This document shows positions 18,215 to 28,238 of a DNA stretch of 53,614 bases, in pieces. This DNA comes from a virus (lineage: Duplodnaviria; Caudoviricetes): positions 1-53,614 of IMG/VR virus record IMGVR_UViG_3300034120_000351, one strand, 5' to 3'. A program made the translations under genes and the position numbers. Positions within the stretch are counted from its first letter, which is position 1. Every line of letters starts with the position of its first letter. Under the pieces are notes generated by a model. The model was not told where the DNA came from. It worked only from the letters and a program-made list of their open reading frames with translations, and did no database searches.

Positions 18215-18687
18215 TTACAATCGGTATTGATCCAGGACTCAGTGGCGCTATCGGCGTTCTTCGTGATGGCGTGTACGTAGCCGTGGAAGATATGCCGGTC
18301 GTAGCCAAAGGCTCTGGTGCTGTGAAGAACGAAGTCGACCCCGCTGGGTTAATCACCCTGCTCAAGAAGCACGTCCCCGCTGAGGAGGCGGTATGCGTTG
18401 CGCTTGAGCGGGTGAACGCCATGCCTGGACAAGGGTCGTCTTCTATCTTCAGCTTAGGGGACAGCTTCGGCTCTGCCCGAGCCGCTATTGCGGGGTGTCG
18501 GTTTGAGACCGTCTACATGACTCCTTCGCAATGGAAGAAACATTTCAAACTGACCAGCGACAAAGAAATGAGCAGGGCGCTCGCGATTCGCATGTTCCCT
18601 GAAGCGCCGTTGAATCTGAAAAAGCATTCTGATCGTGCAGAGGCGTTGCTCATGGCTCGTTGGCTTTACGAGACGAGGTACAAATGA
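18211..18687 (+). CDS. RuvC-like Holliday junction resolvase
   Basis: IGIDPGLSGA, ALERV, PSQWKK and DRAEALL motifs. Confidence 0.85.
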   Translation: MITIGIDPGLSGAIGVLRDGVYVAVEDMPVVAKGSGAVKNEVDPAGLITLLKKHVPAEEAVCVALERVNAMPGQGSSSIFSLGDSFGSARAAIAGCRFETVYMTPSQWKKHFKLTSDKEMSRALAIRMFPEAPLNLKKHSDRAEALLMARWLYETRYK

Positions 18688-18923
18688 TTGAGACTCAGAT
18701 TAAGGGTATACCCTGCCAAGTCGAAATGACCGGCGGGTATTACCAGAGACCAGACTACAACACGTGGGCTAGCGACTGGGATTATTACGGCGGCTGGTTT
18801 GACGTGGAGTTTGAGGTGTATGACCGTAAAGGTTATAAGGCAAAATGGCTTGAGAAGAAGATGACCGCTGACGACGAGAAGCGTATCATCAGAGAACTAA
18901 CTGAAAACGCAGGAGAACATTAA
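18684..18923 (+). CDS. Hypothetical protein (start revised to MIETQ)
   Basis: GAGG RBS, ATGA coupling; DYYG...EFEVYDRKGYKAKWLEKK pattern. Confidence 0.7.
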   Translation: MIETQIKGIPCQVEMTGGYYQRPDYNTWASDWDYYGGWFDVEFEVYDRKGYKAKWLEKKMTADDEKRIIRELTENAGEH

Positions 18924-19105
18924 TGGAAAAATTTGAACCCGCATGCCCTTGGCATATTCGAGTCGGTGACTTGTTCATCGCTCCTGGTCGCATACCTAAC
19001 ACCGGCACGGTCTGGATTGGTGAAGTGGAAGGCGGCGAAGGTGGAGAGTTCAAGACTGAAGACCTCGCTGAAGTGCTGCGCAAATTTTATAACGAAAACT
19101 TCTGA
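18923..19105 (+). CDS. Hypothetical protein
   Basis: AGGAG RBS; coupled. Confidence 0.65.
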   Translation: MEKFEPACPWHIRVGDLFIAPGRIPNTGTVWIGEVEGGEGGEFKTEDLAEVLRKFYNENF

Positions 19106-19512
19106 TGGCTAAACTCGCCCCCACTCGGGTCAAGAAGCAAGTCGGTCTCAATCCGGTTGCTCAGCTGATGGCGCGTCAAACTATGCGTAAGGCTATCCTT
19201 GATCAAAAGATCCAGCTCTACATGCGTGACGAAGGCGCTCCTTGTGTTGACTTCTGCGTGCCGATGTGGATGACGTTTCGCGCCTTAGTTGGTGCGGCAG
19301 CAGCTGACCCGAAAGTGGGTGTTGAGAACTATGAAGTGAGAATCATTCGCGGGGCTATTTCCGCGCTTGAGCAGATGATAACTGATAACGAATACCGCCG
19401 CGTAAATATTATTTCACTTGAGACAGCGCTTGACTGCGCCTACGCACTAGTTAACAAGGTTAACTCCGTGCTGTTCAATCAAGAGTGGAATAGGCTCGCG
19501 GGCGGTGCTTAA
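19105..19512 (+). CDS. Hypothetical protein
   Basis: 135-aa coupled ORF. Confidence 0.65.
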   Translation: MAKLAPTRVKKQVGLNPVAQLMARQTMRKAILDQKIQLYMRDEGAPCVDFCVPMWMTFRALVGAAAADPKVGVENYEVRIIRGAISALEQMITDNEYRRVNIISLETALDCAYALVNKVNSVLFNQEWNRLAGGA

Positions 19513-19712
19513 TGCCGTGGGCGTATATTCGCTCACTGCTCGGACCAGGACTTCACTGGGACAGAACCCAGCGAGAGTTGTTAGACGCTATAGCTCGCGC
19601 TGATCGCGAGGGGCAACCTGACGCCGCTGATCACATTCGCATCATACTCAGGTTGCGTAACCGCGTGCTCATGGACGTTGAGCAAAAAGAAACCCCGCCG
19701 GAGCGGGGTTAA
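19512..19712 (+). CDS. Hypothetical protein
   Basis: Last plus-strand ORF; coupled. Confidence 0.55.
   Translation: MPWAYIRSLLGPGLHWDRTQRELLDAIARADREGQPDAADHIRIILRLRNRVLMDVEQKETPPERG
19684..19710 (-). terminator. Intrinsic terminator at the convergence of the two arms
   Basis: AACCCCGC-CGGA-GCGGGGTT hairpin followed by TCTTTTT on the minus strand. Confidence 0.75.
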
Positions 19713-19750
19713 AAGTGGCAACTGCTCTTGAGGAGACAGTGAGGTGAATT

Positions 19751-21787
19751 TTACTTCATTTTCTTGAGGTCTGCCTCGATGTCCGCATCAATGTCCGGAC
19801 CGGTCATCAAGTTGCCAGGGAAGTTACCGGTTTCAGGCGTGTCGATATCCTCCGGTTTAGCGTTAGGGTCAATGGGCGAAGGCGGGAACGCCGCCGTAGT
19901 ACCCATAATCGCGCCGGTTTCACCCTTACCGAGTCGGGCAGCACCCGCAGCGGCTTTCACGTCATACTGCTCGATCAATTTGACCGCTGCCGCAACTTCA
20001 TGCGGGTCGCTTGACATGAGCAGTTTTCCTACCTTCTCAGCGACTTCGTCAGTCATCGTGGCGCTACGTGCCAGACGCGCTGCCATATTCGTGAGAGACC
20101 CCCAGAATCCTCCCGAGACGGCATCCGCAACCGCTGTGCCCACACCTGAGCCTTCCTCAAAGCGTTCGCGTGCCTGAGTGCGTCTTCCGGTAGCCGCGCC
20201 ACCGAGAATGCGGTTGGATTGTTGGAACAACTGAGCCTCACGCTCAAGCGCGGACTTGAACATGTCAAACTTAGCGGGGCTGTCAAACAGCGGCTGCAAC
20301 TTAGCTTGCATCTCAGGAGAGCCGATGACGCGCTGGGCAGCGTTGATATTGCTTGACGGATCCATGATCTTGCTGTACAAATCGCGCACCACACCTGTGC
20401 GGAATGCGTCTTTCTCAGCGACACCCATTTTGCTGATCATGTCAATGACCTGCTCGTGGTCGAGCTTGTTGAAGTCATTCATACCCGCACGCATCGCATC
20501 AAGCACTTCCATGTCACCGGAGTAGGCTTGACGAGCTTTGAGATAAGGCGAGTTTGCGCCGCCGGTGGCTTCATCAATCGCGTTCACGTAGACGTTACGC
20601 AACTGCTTCAGGGCGTTAGCTTCAGCGCTGCTCATACCCTGAGCGCTCTTGTAACCGGCTTCAATCGTAGCGTCAATACCGCGCTTGATGTAATCAAGAG
20701 TGCGGACATCGGGCAATTTTGTCAACTCAAGGATCTCATTGCCGTTAGCGTCAAATTTACCGCTAGGTTTGTAGATTTCGGGCAGGGCAAACTTGCTGGG
20801 GTCTTCACCGCGCAACTTAGCCGCTTGAGCCTCAGTGTCGGCGATGCTACGCGCCTTACTCCAGAAATCTTGAAAGCGGGGGTTCTTCAAAGCATCGATG
20901 ATGCGGGGATCATCTACGTCACCGAAAGCGTACGCGTCGTCATAGAGCGTATTAGCTTGCTTACGCAGATCTGCCACCATTTTCTGTTCATCAGCGTAGA
21001 AGTTACCAGACTTGATACCTTTACGGGTCTGGGCGTAAGTGCGCTCACGAGCACCCGCTGTCTGCTCGCCGAGCTTCTTCTCAACCAGACGACCGCTGGG
21101 ACCGCTACGCTGGGCGACGGTCTCTGCGAGGTCAACCAGCGCGGGATCAGCGTTGGCGATTGTTGAGGGAATGTTACGAGCGCGATCCTGCAAGACCTTC
21201 TGCTCAATCTGCTGAGGGGTCATCCCTGATTCGTTGAAAGCGCGGGAGACTTTACCTACGGCGGCTTTAGTCACGCTAGCTTCGCTCGGGGCGAGTCTGT
21301 CACGCAGCCACTTAGCAGCCGCACCTGTTCCGCGAATAACTCCTGGAGCCGCTGTGCCGACGCCAGTGCCAATGACCGTGCCGGTCACAGCGCCTGAGCC
21401 GCGCTCATTAGGCTGGGCAGAACCCGCGCCGGAGATGCCGCCGGTTACGCCGCCGGTCACTGCGCCGCGCACATACGGGTTAGCGGCTAAGCGCGACAAC
21501 GCACTCGCGGCAACCGGCGCGGTAGCGCCTCCCGTAGCGGGAGCGGTCAACATCGCCGCCAGCGCGGGAGCAGCCCCGCCGCCGAACTCAAGAGCAGGAG
21601 CTACGAATGGGTTCTCCTTAGAATACTGCGCGTACTCTTGATTGATTCTAGCGAGTTCAGCCTCGTAACCTTTGCTACCGGCGAGCTTGGAGCGGAGCCA
21701 TGCTTCGGCTTCATCACCCCAGCCCATACCGAGACCTTGACCGATAGCGGCGCGAGCACCGCCCAAGTAAGGATTAGCTGTAGCCAT
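19751..21787 (-). CDS. Internal virion / DNA ejection protein
   Basis: 678 aa, Ala/Gly-rich N-terminus with hydrophobic segments, helical remainder; last gene of the structural arm. Confidence 0.65.
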   Translation of the reverse strand: MATANPYLGGARAAIGQGLGMGWGDEAEAWLRSKLAGSKGYEAELARINQEYAQYSKENPFVAPALEFGGGAAPALAAMLTAPATGGATAPVAASALSRLAANPYVRGAVTGGVTGGISGAGSAQPNERGSGAVTGTVIGTGVGTAAPGVIRGTGAAAKWLRDRLAPSEASVTKAAVGKVSRAFNESGMTPQQIEQKVLQDRARNIPSTIANADPALVDLAETVAQRSGPSGRLVEKKLGEQTAGARERTYAQTRKGIKSGNFYADEQKMVADLRKQANTLYDDAYAFGDVDDPRIIDALKNPRFQDFWSKARSIADTEAQAAKLRGEDPSKFALPEIYKPSGKFDANGNEILELTKLPDVRTLDYIKRGIDATIEAGYKSAQGMSSAEANALKQLRNVYVNAIDEATGGANSPYLKARQAYSGDMEVLDAMRAGMNDFNKLDHEQVIDMISKMGVAEKDAFRTGVVRDLYSKIMDPSSNINAAQRVIGSPEMQAKLQPLFDSPAKFDMFKSALEREAQLFQQSNRILGGAATGRRTQARERFEEGSGVGTAVADAVSGGFWGSLTNMAARLARSATMTDEVAEKVGKLLMSSDPHEVAAAVKLIEQYDVKAAAGAARLGKGETGAIMGTTAAFPPSPIDPNAKPEDIDTPETGNFPGNLMTGPDIDADIEADLKKMK

Positions 21788-24408
21788 TATTCAGTTCCTT
21801 CATCAATAGAGGGTGCTGCCGTGTCACGGTAGAGACCTGAGTTGATTTCGTTCAAGCGTTTGCGATGGCGCTCGCTAACAGTCTTGAGCGCGGCATAGCC
21901 GTTCTTCATGATACGTGCGCGTTCTTCTTTACTCTTAGCGCCCAGACCTTGAACGTCTTGCAGGGCTTTACGCTCGTCGTTAGAGATCGCTCCTGGGAAG
22001 GTTGCTTTCAGCTGAGACAAAGCGGCTTTTTCAAGCAAGTTCTCCATCTCACGAGTCGCAGCAACTTTAGGATCTTTTGACCCACCGGCTTCTAGCAACT
22101 TACGCTGAGCAACATCAACCAATGACGTGTCAAAGGTGTTAGGATTCAGCGCGTAAGCCTTCTTCAAATTGATGAGGGCTTGGTCAGTCTGAGCCAGCGT
22201 TTCTTCTGTTTCAGTTTTCAGCTTCAACTCAGGACCGGTCAGTTTAGCCTGTTGGGTCTTCTGGTTTTGGAACTTTTCTTGAGCCAAAGCCAAATTAGCA
22301 GCAGCTGTATTCACACCCGCCAAGGAAGCCGTAATCTGCGCCAGTTTACTCTCAATATTCATATTACCGAGAGCTTCTACGCGCTTCTGATACTCAGGCG
22401 TTCCTGGCTTCAGACCCTCATCTTTCGCCTGCTTACCCGCCGCAGACTGAGGCTCACCGGACTTGATGTAGTCTTTGATGAGTTCAGTAGCGATGGTACG
22501 CTTGTCTTTCATTTCCTCAGCTGACAGCGCTTGCAGGGTGCGGAGGTCATCCTTAGCCGCACCCATCTTCATCTCCTGACCTTTCAAAGCCAGAGCCAGT
22601 TTCTGTTGTCTAGAGGCGCGTTGCTCCTTAGAGTAATCGCCCAGCTCTTTACCAACCATACTCAGGTTTTCAGCAAAATGACCGGTCTTAGTGGGAGCGC
22701 CGAAAGCGGCTGCTAAACGGAAGTACATCTCCGCTTTAGAACTCTTTGCGTCCTCTGGGGTCTTCATAGAATCTGACAACAGCTTAGCAAAAGCGTCGCT
22801 CTCAGCCTTAGCGCTAGCGCGGGCGGCTTTGAGTTCTGCGCCGTATGCGCCATCTTTCGGACCGTACGCAGCGAGCAGGGCTTGAATGTTACCCATGCGC
22901 TCATCACCGAGCATCGCTGGAGGCTTCGGAATCTGAGGTTGAGCTACAGCTGCCGGAGCCATAGGCGCGGGAGCGGTGTTCATAGCAATAGTCGCCAGAG
23001 GCGCTTTAGCTGGCTCCATCACAACTGGCGGGGGAGGGTTAGCCATGTCAACAGGGCTAATCTCAACTGGGGCGCGGTCGCGCTCTTGGCGAGCGAGAAA
23101 ATCTGCTTCTTCCTCAGCGCTTCCGTAGCCGCTAGGTAAGCTCACGCTACCGGCGGTTTGATAATGTGTTTTCACTTGACCACCTTTAGCGTATGCTGCA
23201 GAACTCCAGTCATCATAACCTTTGATACCTCCGCCACCACCGCCACCGAAGTTGAAGTCGCTTCCGCTGAAATCATAATTACTATCAAATGAACTGCCGC
23301 CGAAATCAGAAGGATCAACGGCGACGAAATCGCTACCGGTATCGGTGGTCACCGCAGGGGTATCCGTTACAAGGTACTTGTCAAACTCTTCTGGCAATTC
23401 TTCTTGATTTTTAATCAATCCTCTTGACGGACCAACTTCTACGAAATCAGGGTCATCCCAGAAAGACTTGTCTTCTTTCGGAGTCTCGACTGTGAAGTCT
23501 GGCAACTCAAGGGGGAACTCAGGAGTGATCAATGGAATATTGTTCGGGTCAACAACGTCGTCAGGGATAGTGCTAATTATCGGTTTCGTGTAAATTGATG
23601 GTGTTTCAACCACCGGATCAACAACTGGGTCAACAACAGGGTCAACGACCGGATCTACCACGGGATCAACAACTGGGTCAGGAATCACGGGATCTACCAC
23701 GGGGTCGACCACCGGATCAATCACCGGATCAACCACAGGATCCACAACTGGATCAATTACCGGTGGTAAAATCGGCGGTAAAACAACCGGAGGCGGGGTT
23801 ACCACAGGAGGTTCAACAACCGGAGGTTGTACAATCGGAGGAACCACGGGAGGAACTACGGGAGGTGTTTGAGTGCCGTACTTAGGCGCTTGCAACACGT
23901 TGCCCCAACGATTCTGAGTTGCGTTGTAAATGTCTTGAGCGCCGATACCGTACTTGTCCGCGTACGCATTGATAGCGCTAGAATAAGCCGTAGGGTTCTG
24001 AGCAGCCCAGTCTTGAATGTTTTTGTTGAACTGCTTAACACCCATCCCTGAGCCGGTCTCAACATTCACGTCAGGTCTAGTTGCCCATTGCAACGCGGCG
24101 GACTTAGGTTCGTTACCGGTCTGGAACTGAGATTGCATGTACATCGGGGTGTTCATCAAACGAGTTTGATATTCCTTCTTGTACGCGTCATACGCCGCGT
24201 TGTCAGCAGGCGCGTTAGCTTTGTCAACATTGTACTTGCTTAGCAGCGCGTCGTAATCAGCTTGCGCAGTAGCTAACTTATCACCCGTCAGCGTGTCTGT
24301 GGCAACTGGGCGCGTGCCAGGATCAACCGGAGTCGCACCTGAGTAGTTGATTCTACCAGGAGTACCAACTCCGTACTGCTGCATTATTCTGTTTAATTCA
24401 AAGCCCAT
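21787..24408 (-). CDS. Internal virion / ejection protein with PVVD repeat region
   Basis: 873 aa; Pro/Val/Asp repeats, acidic linker, YAKGG motif, helical C-terminal half. Confidence 0.65.
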   Translation of the reverse strand: MGFELNRIMQQYGVGTPGRINYSGATPVDPGTRPVATDTLTGDKLATAQADYDALLSKYNVDKANAPADNAAYDAYKKEYQTRLMNTPMYMQSQFQTGNEPKSAALQWATRPDVNVETGSGMGVKQFNKNIQDWAAQNPTAYSSAINAYADKYGIGAQDIYNATQNRWGNVLQAPKYGTQTPPVVPPVVPPIVQPPVVEPPVVTPPPVVLPPILPPVIDPVVDPVVDPVIDPVVDPVVDPVIPDPVVDPVVDPVVDPVVDPVVDPVVETPSIYTKPIISTIPDDVVDPNNIPLITPEFPLELPDFTVETPKEDKSFWDDPDFVEVGPSRGLIKNQEELPEEFDKYLVTDTPAVTTDTGSDFVAVDPSDFGGSSFDSNYDFSGSDFNFGGGGGGGIKGYDDWSSAAYAKGGQVKTHYQTAGSVSLPSGYGSAEEEADFLARQERDRAPVEISPVDMANPPPPVVMEPAKAPLATIAMNTAPAPMAPAAVAQPQIPKPPAMLGDERMGNIQALLAAYGPKDGAYGAELKAARASAKAESDAFAKLLSDSMKTPEDAKSSKAEMYFRLAAAFGAPTKTGHFAENLSMVGKELGDYSKEQRASRQQKLALALKGQEMKMGAAKDDLRTLQALSAEEMKDKRTIATELIKDYIKSGEPQSAAGKQAKDEGLKPGTPEYQKRVEALGNMNIESKLAQITASLAGVNTAAANLALAQEKFQNQKTQQAKLTGPELKLKTETEETLAQTDQALINLKKAYALNPNTFDTSLVDVAQRKLLEAGGSKDPKVAATREMENLLEKAALSQLKATFPGAISNDERKALQDVQGLGAKSKEERARIMKNGYAALKTVSERHRKRLNEINSGLYRDTAAPSIDEGTE
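23605..23870 (-). repeat. Degenerate 12-nt coding tandem repeat (PVVD/PVID/PPVV)n
   Basis: Visible in both DNA and translation. Confidence 0.85.
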
Positions 24409-24417
24409 ATTTACTCC

Positions 24418-26187
24418 TTAACCGCCGAGGTTGTTCAGACCTTTGTACGTATAGAGACCGGTGGCCAGCTGAGACAGCGGCGAAGGTGAATACGTAGCGC
24501 CGGTTGTGGTGCCAGTGTTAGTCGTAACTTGCGGTGTGATTGGAGCCATGCCGCGAATCTGCGTATTGAGCCAATCCATTTGCTGCTTAGGATAGTTCTG
24601 CTGGTTGACGAACTGTTGCTGAGCAGCGTTGAGTTGCTGCTGCATTTGATTCTGCTGAGCCGCGCCCGCACCTTCAAGCGCCGCCACATCAGCTGAACGC
24701 ATAGCTTGCTCTTGCTGTTGCATGTTAGCGAAGTTCTGCAACGCAGACATCTGACGCTGGTAATCTTGAGCCTGAGCCGCCTGAGTAGCCTGAGCAGCGG
24801 TGAGACCGAACTGCTGTTGAGCTTGACCCGCACTGGTTTGCATCTGACCCAAGTTACCCAACTGAGACATCTGCTGGGCAGTGAGCTGACCTTGTGTTTG
24901 ACCGAGGTTGGTCAGGTTCTGTTGTTGCTGGCTTGTCAACTGACCGGTGGTCTGACCGAGGTTGGTCAAAGCCGAAGCCTGCTGCCCTGTCAGCTGACCA
25001 GCGGTTTGACCGAGGTTAGCCAACGCAGAAGCCTGCTGGCCAGAAAGTTGACCTTGTGTTTGACCGATGTTAGCTAGCGCTGAAGCCTGCTGACCGGTCA
25101 ACTGACCTTGAGTCTGTGCGAGGTTACCATACTGAGCACCGCCCTGAAGCACGCGAGAGAGGTCTGCGCCGGAAATACTACCGACCGTACCAGCCAACTG
25201 CGCTTGACGTGCGAGGTCTGCCTGAGAAGCACTGAGAGCCTGCCCGTAGCCTTGGTTAGCCAGTTGAGCCTGTTGGTTCAACACAGCTTCCTGAGTGTCG
25301 CGCAGAGCACGACTACCGAACTCGCCCATACGTGAGCCGCCGAACTGACCAGCTTTGATGAATGCGTCGGAGACGTTAGGTAGCAGGTTCTCACTGAGGT
25401 TGCGACCCGCCTGCTTAGCGAGCACATCCATAACCCCGCCTTGGTAGGGTGACATGTATTGGTTGATGCCGCCCGCAGCAGATTGAGCCGCTGCTGTGAG
25501 GTACGGATTAGCCGCGCTCAATGCTCGGTCAGAAAGCGCCTCTGCGGTCGTTTGACCGGCTTGGCTCATGTAAGGTTGAGCAGCGTTATAAATGTTACCC
25601 GCCGCAGTAGCGGCTTGGTTCATGTAAGGTTGAGCCGCGCCCGTGATGTTTCCGGCGGCGGTTCTAGCTTCGCCCAAATAAGGTTGCGCCGCACCCATGA
25701 TGTTGCCCGCCGCTAAGCCCGCTTGCGTCAACGAAGGTTGAGCAGCACCTACGGCATCCATCGCCATCGCTTTTGACAGCGCCGGTTGACCCGCCGCTAC
25801 GATGTCCATCTTACCCGCTCTGTCAAAATACCCTTGACCCGCGTCTAAGTTTTTACCGACTAAATCTTGACGCAAATACTGACTTTGCGCCTGCTTCAAC
25901 GCATCAGCCGTACCTTTACTGCCGAAGTCGTACATTCCGGACTGAGCTTTGTCAAGGTCACCCTGATAGAAACCTTGATTAGCTTGAACCTGCTTGTACG
26001 CTTGCTGTTGCAGAGGTGACAATTCAGCCACAGTGGGCATGTCATACGACTGGTAAGGCGCGTTGGCGATGTTCTGTGCCACTTGAATCTGATTGTAAAT
26101 CGCGTCCTGCATCCACTTAGGAGTCTCAGTGGATGACGTAGTGTAAGACGTAGCGGTCTGAGGCGACCCTTGGAATAAGCTGCCCAT
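24418..26187 (-). CDS. Gln-rich internal virion / DNA pilot-like protein
   Basis: 589 aa, Gln/Ala-rich, 18-aa repeats; position among ejection genes. Confidence 0.65.
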   Translation of the reverse strand: MGSLFQGSPQTATSYTTSSTETPKWMQDAIYNQIQVAQNIANAPYQSYDMPTVAELSPLQQQAYKQVQANQGFYQGDLDKAQSGMYDFGSKGTADALKQAQSQYLRQDLVGKNLDAGQGYFDRAGKMDIVAAGQPALSKAMAMDAVGAAQPSLTQAGLAAGNIMGAAQPYLGEARTAAGNITGAAQPYMNQAATAAGNIYNAAQPYMSQAGQTTAEALSDRALSAANPYLTAAAQSAAGGINQYMSPYQGGVMDVLAKQAGRNLSENLLPNVSDAFIKAGQFGGSRMGEFGSRALRDTQEAVLNQQAQLANQGYGQALSASQADLARQAQLAGTVGSISGADLSRVLQGGAQYGNLAQTQGQLTGQQASALANIGQTQGQLSGQQASALANLGQTAGQLTGQQASALTNLGQTTGQLTSQQQQNLTNLGQTQGQLTAQQMSQLGNLGQMQTSAGQAQQQFGLTAAQATQAAQAQDYQRQMSALQNFANMQQQEQAMRSADVAALEGAGAAQQNQMQQQLNAAQQQFVNQQNYPKQQMDWLNTQIRGMAPITPQVTTNTGTTTGATYSPSPLSQLATGLYTYKGLNNLGG

Positions 26188-27998
26188 TATGCAACTCCTT
26201 TCAAATAGCTGAGTGGTGACTTAGCGTTAGGGCTAAATTTACCCTTTGCCAACGCTTTACCTTTGTGTGAACGGATGCTTCCGCGCATAGCGTCGAGGCG
26301 TTTAGCTCCCTCTTTGTTAGAGCCATCACCGAGCATTGCAACTGTTTCTGCGTCAATCACGTATTCACCATCTGAGAGTTTAGCATCAATGGTGTCTGCT
26401 CGACCAGAACCTGCTCCTTGAGCGAATCGGGCAACAGCTGACAGAGCGCCACCTTGTGCCAGTTTTGGCGGATTGGTGGTCGCGGTTTGCATATTATAAG
26501 CGCCAGAAGTGATTTTTGGCCAACTCCGCGCCATGTATTCAGTCAGGCTCACGTTGTTTGCGTTGGCGTCGCTTTGCAGCTTGTTCCAGTCCCAGCTGAT
26601 TGAGGGGCGGTTAAAGTACTCCTGCTGCTCGGGCGACATCTTACTGACCGCCTGTTGAACCTGCGGAGGAGCGCTACCGAGACTACCTAAAAGCGTAGCG
26701 CCCATCAGCACGTTCTTCATTGATAAGGGGTTGCTAGAACCGGCTGTCGGCGCTGTTGTTTTGAGTTGCGCGAGGGGTGACTGAGGGGTCGTAGAAAGAC
26801 CACTACCCATGTCTTGACCGCCGAAACCTTGCGGTGCTACCGGCGCGGCTGGATTTGTCAAAGAATAATCAACTGCGAAGCTGTCCGGACCTTTGTAACC
26901 GGTCTGCCCTGTCAAATAGTTTGTAGTACCGTAACCGGCTTCGGGCACGCCGCTGTATGAATAATCGCTACCCTTGGGCATCTTCAGACCTTCAACTACC
27001 GCGTCAGAAGGTTTCAGACCCATGTTGCTGTTCTGTGTTTGAGCAGGGCGAGACATGCTGGTCGCCAGACCCGCCAAACCGCCGCCGATGATAGCGGACT
27101 TGGGGTCATAACCGGCAGCAATCATGTTACCGAACTGCTTACCACCCGCACCGAACGCTGCACTGCCCGTCAGATCGCCGAGCTGTTGACCAGCGTAAGA
27201 CCCGAGAGCGCCTGTAGCCGCGCCCTTCAAGAAGCCTTGACCGGTAGCCATACCCATACCGCCGCCCACGAGCGCGTTGCCGAGAACATTTTGGCCAGCT
27301 GTGCCTAAATTTAACCCTAAGCTACTGTTAACCGCTGAACCTGCGGCTTCACCTAGACCGCCGCCTAAACCACCCAACACCGCGCCCTTAAGCGGGTCGC
27401 CGCCAGTCAAAGCAGCCGTACCGCCACCGATAACTGCACCGCCCACCATCGTGGCGGCTGTACCGGTAAAGCCAAGAGAAGCACCAATTGCCGTACCCGC
27501 ACCAGGAACGATGAAGTCCAAAGCGATAGGAAGCGCGACGGCGAGAAACTTTTTGAACCAGCTGTACTCGGGGTATCCTGTTTGTGGATTTATAGTACCC
27601 GCACCACCCATACGCTTGAGCATAGCGGCTTCACGCGGATTGATGTGCGCTAACATGGTGTCGCCGTGGCGACCCATAGAAGCTAGACCGCCTTTAGCAA
27701 AACCTTTCTGCTTAGTACGCTCTTGCATTCCGTACAAAAGAACGAGCAGGGAGATGATAACTATGGGGTCAAACTGCGCAGGGAGATCACCCTCCTCAAC
27801 CATGTCATCTTTGATGGCTGAAGCTAAGATCTCTTCATAATTCTCAGGGTGATTGAGCGCAAACTCGAGCATCTGGACTAATTCATCCAAGCCCTCACCC
27901 GTGATCGGCATATCACCGATTTGATTCTCAAGCGTTAAAACCGCTTTTGAGAACCGAGGGTCGTTCTTCGCAATTTCAAGAATTTGCTGCTTATCCAT
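26187..27998 (-). CDS. Internal virion protein with glycine-rich membrane-type segment
   Basis: FAKGG and LAQGG motifs; GRHGDTMLAHINPRE and DTIDAKLSDGEYV modules; glycine-zipper region. Confidence 0.65.
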   Translation of the reverse strand: MDKQQILEIAKNDPRFSKAVLTLENQIGDMPITGEGLDELVQMLEFALNHPENYEEILASAIKDDMVEEGDLPAQFDPIVIISLLVLLYGMQERTKQKGFAKGGLASMGRHGDTMLAHINPREAAMLKRMGGAGTINPQTGYPEYSWFKKFLAVALPIALDFIVPGAGTAIGASLGFTGTAATMVGGAVIGGGTAALTGGDPLKGAVLGGLGGGLGEAAGSAVNSSLGLNLGTAGQNVLGNALVGGGMGMATGQGFLKGAATGALGSYAGQQLGDLTGSAAFGAGGKQFGNMIAAGYDPKSAIIGGGLAGLATSMSRPAQTQNSNMGLKPSDAVVEGLKMPKGSDYSYSGVPEAGYGTTNYLTGQTGYKGPDSFAVDYSLTNPAAPVAPQGFGGQDMGSGLSTTPQSPLAQLKTTAPTAGSSNPLSMKNVLMGATLLGSLGSAPPQVQQAVSKMSPEQQEYFNRPSISWDWNKLQSDANANNVSLTEYMARSWPKITSGAYNMQTATTNPPKLAQGGALSAVARFAQGAGSGRADTIDAKLSDGEYVIDAETVAMLGDGSNKEGAKRLDAMRGSIRSHKGKALAKGKFSPNAKSPLSYLKGVA

Positions 27999-28010
27999 TT
28001 GTCACTCCAA

Positions 28011-28238
28011 TTAAGACAGCGACTGCGCAAATCGCTCAGCCCAGTCACGCCAATCATCAAAGTCGTAAGGTAGAGGAAAGTTCCTACCTAGCGACGTATT
28101 ATTTAAAAACTGCATAGCCCAGTTCTGCCAGTCATCACCGTCCAACCGACTGAGCGCCCCGTAGCTGTCCAGATCGAGCGCGATCTGATCAGCCCAGTCA
28201 TGTAGCGACATGTACGAGGGGCGCGTGATCGTGGTCAT
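28011..28238 (-). CDS. Hypothetical structural-region protein
   Basis: 75-aa Trp-rich coupled ORF. Confidence 0.7.
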   Translation of the reverse strand: MTTITRPSYMSLHDWADQIALDLDSYGALSRLDGDDWQNWAMQFLNNTSLGRNFPLPYDFDDWRDWAERFAQSLS

